Shown piece after piece: positions 34,554 through 45,987 of a stretch of DNA of 64,000 bases. This stretch comes from Salisapilia sapeloensis CBS 127946 (taxonomy: Eukaryota > Protista > Oomycota). Where the stretch lies: the NCBI GenBank assembly GCA_023334545.1, contig JAADVB010000072.1, positions 8,513-72,512 of the forward strand, written 5' to 3'. Below the pieces are notes generated by a model. That model was not told where the DNA came from. It saw nothing but the letters and a program-made list of their open reading frames with translations, and made no database searches. The translations under genes were made by a program, and so were the position numbers. The number at the start of each line of letters is the position of its first letter. The stretch's first letter is position 1.

Positions 34554-35708
34554 TTAGATGATCTGAGAAGTGCCTCTCGTTAGCTTTGGCTTTCGTACAA
34601 GATCGAGCAAGCCACTCTTTTGTCGAGTTAGTGCCGGTTCCGATTCTGATGTTCTAGGAGATTGAGGATATGGCTCTTCCGGCGTGCCTTCATCTGCAGC
34701 AACGAATGACGGGATTCTGTTCTTTACAAGAGAGATTTCGTCTCCGTAACCACCGATTGCTGTTTTTGAGAGCTCAGGCTTTCTACTCGGGTAGTAAGAT
34801 TGTTCTACTTGAGTCGATGATCTCAATCTAGACTTTGGCTGTCGTCGCCAAAGTCGGGAAGCTGCAGTTGTGAGCGCATGTAGCTTTAAATTCGTCTTTC
34901 GAGGGGTATTCCAGCGCTGAAAAATAAGTTCATCCGAGTAGTCTTTCCAAGAGTGAAGCGCACACATTGCACAGCAGTAGCTCCCTTTGCCTAGTTGAGA
35001 CGACTGCATCGAGTCGTCATTTAAGGAGTTTGTACTTGAATGGCGGCGAGAGATACATCGATCACTATCGTCCCCACCTTCAATTGCAGGCGAAAGTAGA
35101 ATGGTCTCCCTACTGTCCACACGACTACCACAGAGGAAGTCTAGAAAAGTTTCGACGACAGGTCCAGATAGGACACTGCACTTGTCGTGATTTCGAGGGT
35201 TCAAAAGTACTCGTTGCAATGTCTGAAGCACTCGATTAAGCTCATGCCCTTTTTGATGCATCGTCTGCGACTGGTTCTTATTCTTTAAGCCGTCGTACAT
35301 GTCTTCCTTCATGGTAGAAAAGATGGTTGGAGGTAGGAATCCGAATTTGATAAAAGCATCAATCCAAGGACACTCTGCAATGCACTCGTGTGAATGGTCT
35401 AGTTTGTTCCGCAGGTCATCTTGGAAAGCATAAAGCTCTTTGATATTGTACACACGTCTCCAGGATGCGTGTGAACTTGGCTGAGAAACAGTCAAAACAA
35501 AGTCGAATTGGACACATGGGTTCGTCGACAGTGTAGACAGAGCATTGTACAATGATAGTCGACTTGATCTACTGTATGGCAATGTCTCTTCTACCTCCAG
35601 TACAAAGCTCAGGTTGCTTAGAAACTTTAACTTCTTAAGATTGGGAGCTGCTGAGGAGGATTCTTGGGAGCACTTTGGGTGGCGGGCTTCTACCGGTGAA
35701 GTGATCAT
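34554..35708 (-). CDS. Paralog of the adjacent PX-like/RING gene with a truncated RING
   Basis: Aligns with the 33606 gene (LDHSHECIAECPWIDAFI vs LHFGHKCANDRCLGLYTFL; HDKCSVLSGPVVETFLDFL vs HRDCPHIAKDVTDAFLKFL). Only the first CxxC (CAMC) of the RING remains. Confidence 0.7.
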   Translation of the reverse strand: MITSPVEARHPKCSQESSSAAPNLKKLKFLSNLSFVLEVEETLPYSRSSRLSLYNALSTLSTNPCVQFDFVLTVSQPSSHASWRRVYNIKELYAFQDDLRNKLDHSHECIAECPWIDAFIKFGFLPPTIFSTMKEDMYDGLKNKNQSQTMHQKGHELNRVLQTLQRVLLNPRNHDKCSVLSGPVVETFLDFLCGSRVDSRETILLSPAIEGGDDSDRCISRRHSSTNSLNDDSMQSSQLGKGSYCCAMCALHSWKDYSDELIFQRWNTPRKTNLKLHALTTAASRLWRRQPKSRLRSSTQVEQSYYPSRKPELSKTAIGGYGDEISLVKNRIPSFVAADEGTPEEPYPQSPRTSESEPALTRQKSGLLDLVRKPKLTRGTSQII

Positions 35709-36412
35709 GATAGAGGGCTGTATTGTTAGCGTCGGCGTCTGAAGCAAAAAGAGATTTTAGCGATGTGAAGGAGATACCAAAGTGGCCGTGAAAGGACACA
35801 AAACTGGACGTGGAAGAAAAAAGAGGCTGAAGTGGCTAAGAGCTGGCTGGAAAGGCGTAACTGCAATGTACAGAGAGTATCACGGGAAGTGTTCAAGTTC
35901 ATTCTTGTCGATTGACAAGGTAAAGATTAAATGTTACAGACACTGAACGTTCAGGATATGCGTGGAACTGTCAATGAAGACAGATACGGTCAGACTCTAC
36001 TGGACACGAGGAAAAAAGACCCCGTAAATATTGCTGCAATTACTTGCACGTGAGGACGTTGGAGTAGTAGCCGACGTCGGTAACGTGGGTCTCAATTATT
36101 CCGACGACGCTACGGAGGGGCAGACGGACATGCATCGCACTATCCAGACCACTGGAACTGGTAACCACATGCGTACCACCTATCCAGATTCCCATATCGA
36201 GCCGTTTGATAAATCGAGAGCTACTTTGTCTTATACCTTGGATTTTTACTTTGACAATGTAGTAGTAGTATCGCATAACTAGCCAAAGCGTCATGTGTGA
36301 CGTACAGGTTTGAAGCGTCGAGGTTGTAGCGTATCCTACGCTTAAAGATCTTGCCATCATCTCCATCTAAATACGAATCAAAGCACTTGATCAAAGCGTC
36401 TCCCGGAGGCAA

Positions 36413-38065
36413 ATGAACTACTCGATTACGCAGCTACTAGCGCTGCTACTTTCATTAGTTGTCTGTGTCTGTGCTGTATTCTACGCAGACTACTTGTCGA
36501 GTCTCTTGCCTTCCCAGCCGGCAGCGCTGACAATACAAGAGCAGACGCAACTCCTTCAAACGCTTAGTCATAGATCGAAACAAGCGCTAGAGAGGCAGAA
36601 GAAAGCTCTCGATGGAGGGGAATATGCGGTTCCGAAACTAGCTTTCTGCTGCAGTGCCGATCTGGATGTTTCTGTCCGAGCAGTGGATCTTATGAACGCG
36701 ATCCATAAGCAAACGAACAAGGCTGATACGGCCTTGGACGCCAAGCACTTTGAACGCATTGGCGACCTCGAGCAGCTTCAGCAGAGCTTTTCTTATTACT
36801 TTTCCCAAGGTGCCGCAGCTGAGCAGAGTATGAATTCCTTGTATGAGTTCCAAGACGTCGTTCGAACGGCTCAGAGCTTGCCAAACGTAAAGAAGCAGGT
36901 TGGTGGGAACGCCGCGACCATGGCGTTACGAGCAGCTTTGGAAGGGAATCAAGTGCTCTTAGGTGCTGCCATGGGTCCTCAGATGAAAGAGTTGTTTCAA
37001 GATAATAATGTACAAGTGGTGGGGGAAATGGGGGAGAGTGAATTAGTGAAAAAGGAGGAGGAATTGGAGGATATCCATCTCGTGCTCGAGTACTCTCGAG
37101 GAGACGTCTTTCGTGGATATACGTCTCCACGTGCGAATCGATACTATCTCAATCATGACATTCACAATGCTCGACTGTCTGTCTTGGAGCAGTTTGTTTC
37201 TGCTTTAGAAACATTCCAGCCAGAGTTGGTGGTTATCGGAGGTCTGCAGCTGATGGAAGTAGAAACGGACATGGATCGGAGGCTCGGACGCCTGCAGAAA
37301 CTCAGTCAGGCTTTGCAAAAGCTACAGACGGAAAAAGTGCCGTCCCACTATGAGCTCGCTGCTGTCTCTGGTACGTTCTTTTCCTACTTGTGTGCTTCTG
37401 TCTACTAACATTGTCCAGATTTCTCGCTCTTTGACGACACGGTCAAGATGGTGCTTCCTTACATCTCATCTCTCGGTCTGAATGAACAAGAGCTGTTTAT
37501 TTTGCATCACTACCTCCTCACACAAGCGCAACCGACGGCAACAACATCTCGTCCGACTGTCGCTCAAGTGTCAGAGCAGCTGCATGACGTCTTGACCTTT
37601 GCTTCTGAGAGTCATCAGAAGGAAGTGGATGGAGAGAGCCATCAACCACTAGCCCACCTCTCTCGCCTCCACTTTCACACACTACAGTTCCACATCATGT
37701 GCCAGAAGCCATCGTCCATATGGGACGACCCGAGGGACGCGCTCATCCAAAGTGCGCTCATGAGCTCGAAACTGGCTTGTGGCAAAGTGGCGCAGGAGAA
37801 CGTCAGTGGCGTCGGGAAAGCGCATCGGAGTGACGAGATCGAAGTGGATGGCGATCGAGTGGAAGTCTTGCTGGATCGACACGTGGTCGTGCAGGGATCG
37901 TCGAGGTCGATCAATCCGCTGGATCCGGTGATGGAGTGGGATGAAGGCGACTTTAAGTGCTACATGATCCCGATGCTTGCCTGTCGGAAGCCGGACTTGA
38001 CGGCCGGATTAGGAGACAATATCTCTGGGACGGGACTGTCGTACCATCGGATGAAGAAGGAATAG
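36413..38065 (+). CDS. ADPGK: ADP-dependent glucokinase (PfkC family), N-terminal anchor, 2 exons (intron 37371-37418)
   Basis: VGGNAATMA, DIHLVLEY, PRANRYYLNHD, GGLQLM, HYELA, SLGLNEQEL, HFHTL, TAGLGDNISG (GxGD catalytic Asp). Confidence 0.9.
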
Positions 38066-38091
38066 AAGGAAGAGATTGCTTTTTCGTTTAC

Positions 38092-39107
38092 TTAGTGGAT
38101 ACGAGACGTCGTTCCAACTTGTTTCTCCATGCGGCTGAACCATGGCTGGATGTGCGAGTGTTGCATGACGTCGTCATAGGTCTTCAGACCAGTCAGCGCT
38201 CGCACGACGCCATACACGGATAAGTCTGCTAGATTCGGGTGGTCTCCTCCGAGGAACTGCTGGTCGCCTACTGCTTCCATCCATTCGTCGAGAGCGTCGT
38301 ACAGCGCTTGCCGTTCATCCTCTACATTATACTTTTTCTTGCTGCGTTTCGCCACGAGGTACATGATGACGGCACCGAGATACTTGGACAAGTACCGTTC
38401 GGTGGCAGTGAACTTGCCTTCTGTGAGGCAGTAGTCAAACGCTTCGATGGCTTCCGGGAAGGATCGGTAGATGTTCGGCGGCAATAAGATGATCTATCAC
38501 AATTGGTATATGGCGTTAGGATATATAGCGTCTATGGTAGGATATGTGGCTGTACGAGGTTTTTGTCGACCCAGTGTCGCCATGCATCTTCGTCTTCCTT
38601 GCTGCATGCGTCCGTCGTGTCGAAGACACTAGAGGACTTGGTCTCGGACGCTACTTGCTGCAGACGAGAGATGATATCGGAAGATTCTACGACGATTTCG
38701 TCTTCTCCGATGCGACAGACGGGAACCTTTTTGTGGTCTGTAAACGCCTTGGTCTCCTTCTTCGTCACTGGATTCACCTCCACGACGTTGTACGGAAGGT
38801 CGAGGTAGTCCAGCACTGCCTTCACTTTGCAACAATACGGGCATGGCTCGTACTGGTACAATGTGATGGGTGGCAAGGATGAGTAGCTTGGTGCTGCAGA
38901 GCAGTAGGTGCACGATTGCTGGTAAGAATGCAGCCCGAACGAAACGGAGAGACCAATGCCAGCTGCCGTGCCTAGAGCTGGAGCTTTACTGGACGCTACG
39001 AGAGGTGAGTGCGCTGGAACAGAGGCTAGTGGAGATGCAGATGTTCCTTTCGGTGCAGCGAAAGAAGCGCTGGCAACGCGTGCAGTTCTCCATGTCTGAC
39101 GCAGCAT
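38092..39107 (-). CDS. PTGES2: Prostaglandin E synthase 2-like (glutaredoxin + GST-C), 2 exons (intron 38494-38555)
   Basis: Mitochondrial-targeting-like N-terminus. LYQYEPCPYCCKVKAVLDY, VVEVNPV, KVP, ESSDII, PPNIYR, GGDHPNLADLSVYG. Confidence 0.9.
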
Positions 39108-39375
39108 GATAGTGACAATGCTTGTGGCTATGCTGATATTGATTATCTTCGTCACATACTCTTTTTACTTTTAATATGCTCATTGATCTAATATTCCATC
39201 ATATCGCATCGTATACAAGTTGATTATACATACAAGTCTTTTTATAAAACAAACCTACTAATTAACGCAAGTAAATAAAAATGCTGTGTTGTTAAAAGGC
39301 TGATCTTGTATTTTGTGTGACTACACCTGTCGACAGAAATCCTTGTACGAGTGCCCCCCAAGCAGCTCCGGCATC

Positions 39376-42300
39376 ATGCGAGCCATCTCGGGCGATGCGC
39401 ACTTCTTTGAGGAGACGATGAACATGGAGCGCATCCGGCGCTTGCTCGACAACAAGCTCGGGGTCGCTGGCCATGCAGAGAAGCTCGAAGCGATGAAAGC
39501 TTTGCTCGCGTCTGTGTCCAAAGGCGAAGACGTGTCAGGCTTCTTCCCGGATGTCGTCAAAAACGTCATTGTCGCGTCCGTTGAGGTCAAGAAGCTCGTG
39601 TACATCTACTTGGTTCATTACGCTGATATGAATGCGCAATGTCGAGAGCTGGCACTACTCTCCATCAACTCTTTTCAAAAGGATTTAGCTGACCCGAATC
39701 CGCTCATTCGAGCCCTCGCTCTCCGTGTGCTCACGAGCATTCGTGTGAAAGACATTGTACAGATTCAGATGCTCGCGATTCGAAAGTGTGCGCAGGATGA
39801 AAGTCCGTACGTCCGCAAGTGTGCTGCGACGGCAGTGGGCAAACTGTCTGCGGCTGCCGATGACGAAATCCGGCAGTCGCTTGTAGATTTAATCGGAGAA
39901 TTACTACTAGACTCTTCTACAATGGTACTAGGCAGTGCAGTCATGGCACTGAATGAAGTGTGTGCCGATAGATTAGATCTCCTACATGCACCATACCGAA
40001 AACTCTGCTACTTGCTCGCTGATCTGGACGAATGGGGACAGACAATCGCCATCCAGCTCCTTACTCGATATGCTCGAGAACAGTTCCACCCGCCAGACAA
40101 GACAGACGCATCCAGAGATGATGATCAGGACCATATCGATCCGTTCTCGCTCCAACCGAAGAGCGCGACGTTCGGCTCTGCCTTCCAGATGGAAAGCCAG
40201 ACAAGTAAGAGTCTCGATGAGCTCGATGAAGACCAGCGACTGCTACTTCGAAGCTCCATTCCGTTGCTAAAGTCTCGTAACAGTGCTGTCGTCTTGGCTG
40301 TCGCGACTCTGCACTACTATTGCGGCGTTCCAGGTCATGACGCGACGTCAACGCTCTTGGGTAAGTCGCTCGTTCGGTTGCTTCGAGGACACCGAGAGAT
40401 CCAATTCGTGGTCTTAAACGCCATCAAGAAGATGGCACAGACCCACGCGTCCATGTTTCGACCTTTTTTACCAGACTTCTTCGTACGAGCGACGGACGCT
40501 TCGTATGCGCGTGAAGCGAAGCTGAGTATCCTCACTGCTTTGGCGTGTGAGAAGAACGTGGAGGTTATTCTAAGAGAGTTCCAAGCGTACGTTCGACACG
40601 TGGACAAGAAGTTTGTTACGAGTACGATCCGAGCGCTTGCGAGTGTCGCGGATGCTCTCCCGGACGTTGCTGACACTTGCATCGGAGGACTACTTAAGCT
40701 GACGAGAGCGTCGGACGATGCAGTCGTGGCACAAAGCGTCGTGGTCATTCGTCAGCTGCTCCAGAAAGAAGCAGATGCAGGACGAAAGGAAAAGGTGGTG
40801 CGGTCGTTAGCAGCACGCGTCGTGTCGAACCAGGTAAAGGACGCAAGTGCACGTGCGTCGGTGGTGTGGATGCTAGGAGAGTTCCAAGACGATGGACTTC
40901 AGTCGTGTGCGTTAGAGTCGCTTCGTCTCTTGACGTGTCACTTTGCCGATGAAGAAGCTGAGGTCCGACTGCAGCTTCTGACACTTGCTGTCAAGGTTGC
41001 GTTAAAGAGCGAGGTGGAGGAGAGCGGACGGTTGCTCCAGTACGTTCTCGAGCTGTGTAAGTTTGATAGAGACTATGACATTCGAGATCGTGGTCGACTC
41101 GTCCGAGCTGCACTTAGTGCCGAGTCACCTGGCGTCGACCCTGTCAAGCTTTTTGTTACAGGCAAGCCAGCACCCAAGTTGCAGCTGACGTCGACGGTCG
41201 ATAAGTTTACTCTTGGCTCCTTGTCTGACTTAGTCGGCCAAGCAGCGCCAGGGTACCTTGCTCTTCCAGAGTGGAGAAGTGATCCTGTGGAGAGCAAGTT
41301 GCGTGATGAATCGACTCAGCGCAAGGTCTCGACTCCTTCCGTCATGCAGTCGAGCAGCAAGTCCAAGACGAATGGAGCGCAGGAGGACTTTTACAGCGAC
41401 AGTTCCGACTCGGAGAGTGGTTCCGAGTCAAATTCGAATTCCGAATCCGAGTCGAGTGCATCCGAGTCGGAGTCTGGATCGGAATCGGAATCGGAATCAG
41501 GATCCGACTCGGAATCGGAGTCAGAGGACGGATCCGAGTCGGAAGAGGAAGAGAAGAAAGAAACCAAGACGGAGGATCCTTTGGACTTTTTAGGCGGATC
41601 GACCAACACGACGTCTGGAACGCTCGTGGATGACCTCATGAACCTCGGATTCGACTCTCCTGCACCGCAGATGCAGTCGCCAATGGTCTTCCAAACTTCC
41701 GATCCGATAAAACGGACGCTGCTGTCGATAGAGTCCAGTGGCGGACTGCACATTGACTACGCCTTCTTACGCCAAGCGTCTTCTCATGCACCTACCATGA
41801 GCGTCGTTCAGCTGTGGGCGAGTAACCGAGGCCAGACGCCTTTGTCCAGGATATCGGTGCATCCACCAGCCGACTCTCAGCTGTCGGCCATCGCGTCTGC
41901 TGAAATCCCAGTCCTCTTCCCCGGTGGTGCGCCGAGTATGACGCAAGTGCATCTGGACTTTGGAGGTAAGTTGTCTCCGATACTGCTGCAAGTGAGTGCT
42001 GCCGAAGTGGAAACTGCGATGGAAGTGACGTTGACGCCCGTTGTGGGGGAACTCCTGTCGCCAGCATCTATCTCCGCGACGGAGTTTGGTACGCAACTGT
42101 CTTCTTGTGGAGCCGAGATGATGGACAAGATCGATGTCTCGGGTCTTGGCTTTGATAAGGTTGTTCAGAAACTGTTGCAAGTTTGTAACGTAGGTCAAGT
42201 GTATGAACCTGTGACGAATGGACATGTCCAGCAGGCGAAATTTGCAGGTAGCATGAGGGACAATATGGTGCTTTTAGCGGTCGAAGTGGAAGCTTCGAGT

Positions 42301-42387
42301 GGTAAAGGTCAGGTGCTGGTGGCGAGTGGTGTGGAAGGCGTGAGTGAGGCACTTGCTGAAGAGATAAGGCTAGTGGTGTCGGAGTAG
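39376..42387 (+). CDS. AP3B1: AP-3 complex subunit beta
   Basis: KLEAMK, FFPDVVKNV, EVKKLVYIYLVHYA, ALLSINSFQKDL.DPNPLIRALALRVLTSIRV, DLDEWGQ, DYDIRDR, acidic Ser-rich hinge and an appendage domain. The start codon is uncertain. Confidence 0.93.
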   Translation: MRAISGDAHFFEETMNMERIRRLLDNKLGVAGHAEKLEAMKALLASVSKGEDVSGFFPDVVKNVIVASVEVKKLVYIYLVHYADMNAQCRELALLSINSFQKDLADPNPLIRALALRVLTSIRVKDIVQIQMLAIRKCAQDESPYVRKCAATAVGKLSAAADDEIRQSLVDLIGELLLDSSTMVLGSAVMALNEVCADRLDLLHAPYRKLCYLLADLDEWGQTIAIQLLTRYAREQFHPPDKTDASRDDDQDHIDPFSLQPKSATFGSAFQMESQTSKSLDELDEDQRLLLRSSIPLLKSRNSAVVLAVATLHYYCGVPGHDATSTLLGKSLVRLLRGHREIQFVVLNAIKKMAQTHASMFRPFLPDFFVRATDASYAREAKLSILTALACEKNVEVILREFQAYVRHVDKKFVTSTIRALASVADALPDVADTCIGGLLKLTRASDDAVVAQSVVVIRQLLQKEADAGRKEKVVRSLAARVVSNQVKDASARASVVWMLGEFQDDGLQSCALESLRLLTCHFADEEAEVRLQLLTLAVKVALKSEVEESGRLLQYVLELCKFDRDYDIRDRGRLVRAALSAESPGVDPVKLFVTGKPAPKLQLTSTVDKFTLGSLSDLVGQAAPGYLALPEWRSDPVESKLRDESTQRKVSTPSVMQSSSKSKTNGAQEDFYSDSSDSESGSESNSNSESESSASESESGSESESESGSDSESESEDGSESEEEEKKETKTEDPLDFLGGSTNTTSGTLVDDLMNLGFDSPAPQMQSPMVFQTSDPIKRTLLSIESSGGLHIDYAFLRQASSHAPTMSVVQLWASNRGQTPLSRISVHPPADSQLSAIASAEIPVLFPGGAPSMTQVHLDFGGKLSPILLQVSAAEVETAMEVTLTPVVGELLSPASISATEFGTQLSSCGAEMMDKIDVSGLGFDKVVQKLLQVCNVGQVYEPVTNGHVQQAKFAGSMRDNMVLLAVEVEASSGKGQVLVASGVEGVSEALAEEIRLVVSE
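41395..41560 (+). repeat. Ser/Glu/Asp dipeptide repeat (hinge of AP-3 beta)
   Basis: Degenerate tcggaa/tccgag hexamer runs encoding SESESGSESESES. Confidence 0.8.
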
Positions 42388-43894
42388 GTAGAACAAAAAC
42401 GGAATATGAACGGTTTTGGTACGAGCATCAGTGTGTTAGTGGGGGTTCAGATCAGGTGCAGGTTATAGATGACCACAGATTCCTGCTGTTGGATGTGGTG
42501 TATCTAGTTGTACACGTGGGGACTGCATCGAATGATCTTTGAGGCCTCGTGTTGGCTGGCGTATCTAGAGGCAGTTCTGTGTCAAGTCTGCTAACAAATG
42601 CATGAAGATGCTCCATGACTGCCATCTATTCAATCAGACCTACCGTCCAATACTTGATGTAATGATAGAGCTGCATGTCTACGACGTCAGCGTTGGTGTC
42701 GTGAGTGATCGAAAGGGAACGCATGAAGTTCAATCATTGCATGCTTGAAGATCAATAACCCCGGCTCTTTACCCGTTACAAGACCTGGGAAGAACATGAC
42801 GAGACCAAGCAAGGTCATAGAAACGCGAGCTTCGTCGGAAGTGACTTTTAAATAGTACAGACGTATAGGCACTAGAGTGTCGACTGATCTAATCGATATC
42901 ACCGTTTCGATAGTGCTTAGCGTGGCGAACTTACCACCTGCATGCGACCATTAAGTACCAAGATAGTGATGCATCTATGTCGTTTTAGCTCTCATGACAT
43001 TCATGTCCGACACTGAAGACTGCATTGATGAGACTAGAGTGAAAACCGAAAGGTATACAGATAAAATACACAACACTCGTCAGCTAAACTAGCATAGATA
43101 CGTCGATTCAAGTACAGAAAACCAATCTGAGCAATGATACCTTGAAGGGTAGCGACAGCATTATGTTACATCGTCTTGAGCTGACCGTGGACCATCTGTG
43201 CACGCAGACGGGCAAATATAAACCGCAAAGCAGCATTGGATAGCAATATCGACGTGCACTGACAATTTCTGATTCAATCATAGTTGCAATCTAAGGCAAT
43301 CTAGAATGAGCAGAAATCGGCATGGGGGTGGGATGGGTGGGACTCTGGGCAACTATCTTTAAGGAGCTTCAGAGAGCACGATACTATCGATCTTATGAGA
43401 TTACTGTCCTCGCAAATGAAAATGTGTTAACCGACGAAGAGATGAAGGGTGGATGCCAAACGCTACTTTCATGCAATTGAGAGCTACGAATGATGGACCT
43501 TTGACTGGAATTCACATGACGTATGGATATAGCGAAGCGTACAAGCAATCGCAGCAGCCTGGTCGTAGAATCCATAGACTGATGTCGCCACGTCGTGGAT
43601 GGAAATGGAGACCTAGAGCATACCTGTATCATGTTTATGCACCCCTTGGAGGTATTTCTTAGTCCCTCTTGTCATGTCGTTGATTAAGGGGTACGCCAAG
43701 CTCAATCTGGCGATCCTGTCGAGTCCTAGTGTAACTAACTTGATTGGCAAGCATTTCTACTCCATTTCCCTCGCCTAGCTGACCACTTTCATATCGTCCT
43801 ACTACCAGTCTGGTCATCACGGCATTCGTCAGTCTTTCACTGCACACTTTTCACCAAGCGCGTACCAGCTTATAGTTCATAAAGCCTCGTACTC

Positions 43895-45238
43895 ATGCCC
43901 TTTCAACTTCCACCCACTGCCTTCAGCGGCTTCCAACTTAGCTACCAAGAGCAAGAGCAGCTCCAGCAAGAGATCGATTTTGCTGTTAACAATACGGTCT
44001 CCATGAACACCAAATTCAAGCTTCATTGCAAAGGTCGGGAAGGCGGTCCGTCTGCTGCTCGCTATAAGTTTCTCAAATCTACACAAAACCTCAAGGTTTA
44101 CAAAGATCGCTACTCAGTTTCCCGTGAAAAGCCACATGCACGAGGTGTGAATTCAAACCAGTACAGCTCGGACATGCTGCCAGAGTTGGACCCGAACCTA
44201 TCGCAAAGCAGTGTCTACAGCAGTGAACACGAATTGGAGCATAGTACGTCATCCTCGTCCTACCGGCCCCCATCCACCGCAAGTCGGATGTTATCGTCAA
44301 GACCACAACACTTACCCTGGGTGTTGGCGTCCGGCACCATCGAAGGCACATTGGACGACTTTATGTTTGGTAACTTTGCCGACAACGATGCAAAATGGCG
44401 CTTCCGAAATGCCGTGCTTAAGGAAAAGTTTGATGACTCAAAGGTTATTTCGACCGTGTATGGCCCAACCGCGCGAGACCCGCACCGATTCCTGGCAATC
44501 AAGTGGTTCACACCGGAGATGGCTGGAGCACTGAACTACATGGTCCAGCGACGGGACTTTATCATCATCGATGGCGGCGGGATGCTACGAGAAGACCAGA
44601 AGAGCGAAGAAGATAAAGGTCGTCGTGTAGGTTACTATGCCTTCGCATCGTTCCAATCACCACGATTGCCAGAGTTGGGCAAAAGTGATGCAATCCGAGG
44701 AACCGTCGGGTTTTGGTTTCTCATGAAGGAACGCAAAGACAATCGCGTTGAAATCTTTAGCCGTGGTTATATCGACATGAAGGGCCAGATACTATCTTCA
44801 TTGCCTCCTATGATGGCGGCCGATAGCATCACCGCGAACGACAAGATGGTGGACTGTGGAAACTTGAAAAAGTTGATCTGGCTGCTAGATCAGAAGCGAA
44901 CTCAAAACAACCAGCGTGAAAGTCTTGGGGATGACCGGCGATTCTGTCAGAGTTGTGGGAAAGAACCAAGTCGGATATTCGCAGCTCCGTACGAGTGCAA
45001 GCTCTGTGGCTGCATCGTCTGCAAAAAGTGTGTCCAAGTTAGAAAAATTCCTGTGGACGTGTCAACGAAGCAAGTCGTATGGGGTCAGATGGTCTTCTGC
45101 GTCGAGTGCATCGTCCGAGCGAACAAGACAAGTGCAAGGGAAGTCGCCAAGGCGATGTACACCAAGAACGATCAGAGAGAAGGTCTATCGATGGCCAACA
45201 TCGGCGACAGCCTTGTTTCAAACAGCTCGCGTGAATAA
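43895..45238 (+). CDS. START-like domain + FYVE-like zinc finger protein (oomycete-expanded family)
   Basis: MPFQLP N-terminus, LKVYKD, GTIEGTLDDFMFG, PHRFLAIKW, RDFIII, then C-terminal CQSC...CKLCGCIVCKKC...CVEC. Confidence 0.88.
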   Translation: MPFQLPPTAFSGFQLSYQEQEQLQQEIDFAVNNTVSMNTKFKLHCKGREGGPSAARYKFLKSTQNLKVYKDRYSVSREKPHARGVNSNQYSSDMLPELDPNLSQSSVYSSEHELEHSTSSSSYRPPSTASRMLSSRPQHLPWVLASGTIEGTLDDFMFGNFADNDAKWRFRNAVLKEKFDDSKVISTVYGPTARDPHRFLAIKWFTPEMAGALNYMVQRRDFIIIDGGGMLREDQKSEEDKGRRVGYYAFASFQSPRLPELGKSDAIRGTVGFWFLMKERKDNRVEIFSRGYIDMKGQILSSLPPMMAADSITANDKMVDCGNLKKLIWLLDQKRTQNNQRESLGDDRRFCQSCGKEPSRIFAAPYECKLCGCIVCKKCVQVRKIPVDVSTKQVVWGQMVFCVECIVRANKTSAREVAKAMYTKNDQREGLSMANIGDSLVSNSSRE

Positions 45239-45597
45239 AGAGTTTGAGTCAAGTCCGAGAGTAGCATGCAACCGCAGTCGAGTACATACCTTCAATTAAT
45301 TTTCATGTGCGAAAAACGATGCTTTTCATTTCTATTCCTGGTATGGACGACGATTACCAATGTTCGTAGGTGAAATGGCTGCCTCCTATATGAAGCCAGC
45401 AACAGTCATTAGATTAGTCGCTCCTGGCAGTCTTCGAACGTTATGTGTCTAGGCTTCTTCTCGTTAGAGAATGCTACTCTACAATCGTTGATGTCTGAAT
45501 AAGAATAAGCGGAAACCGACACCATTCATGTACCTATCTTCTGAAGTTTTCCAAAGATAGATATTTATTAATGATACAAAGATCTACTCGACGATGA

Positions 45598-45740
45598 ATT
45601 CCATGATGATTTCATGTAGAGACATGTTTCCAGTAGCGTCACTGACCGCCTGCTCTGCGTGCATGTAAATCTTCACCAGCACGAGTATGTCCCGTCTTAT
45701 GCATGATTAAAATCAGCTATTGATTAAGAACTGAAGGGAT
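45598..45740 (+). ncRNA. Weak box C/D snoRNA candidate
   Basis: ATGATGA (C, 45603), CTGA (D', 45642), ATGATTA (C', 45703), CTGA (D, 45731) and a 5-bp terminal stem ATTCC/GGGAT. No rRNA target was recognised. Confidence 0.15.
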
Positions 45741-45987
45741 GGAGGACGTCCATCCGTGTCAGTAGTACATACAAGTTTTACAGCACAGACTACCAGAGTT
45801 AAAGAACTGTCGGTAGCAGCCACATTCATATCCAACTTTCTGTCCATTATTCGATTAGATTTCAAGAAACATAAAAGATTCGGTCGAAAATTAAATTTGT
45901 CTTTTTCATTTGAATAACGACAAATGATGAATTCTCCAGGTGAGCGGGTACAAGTTCAAAAGACAAAATATCTGGTCCATGAAAAGC

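Noticed and set aside
42400-43850. Short ORFs in the AP3B1 / START-FYVE gap
   Set aside because: No motifs, splice-consistent joins, LTRs or TIRs were found; treated as ordinary intergenic DNA.
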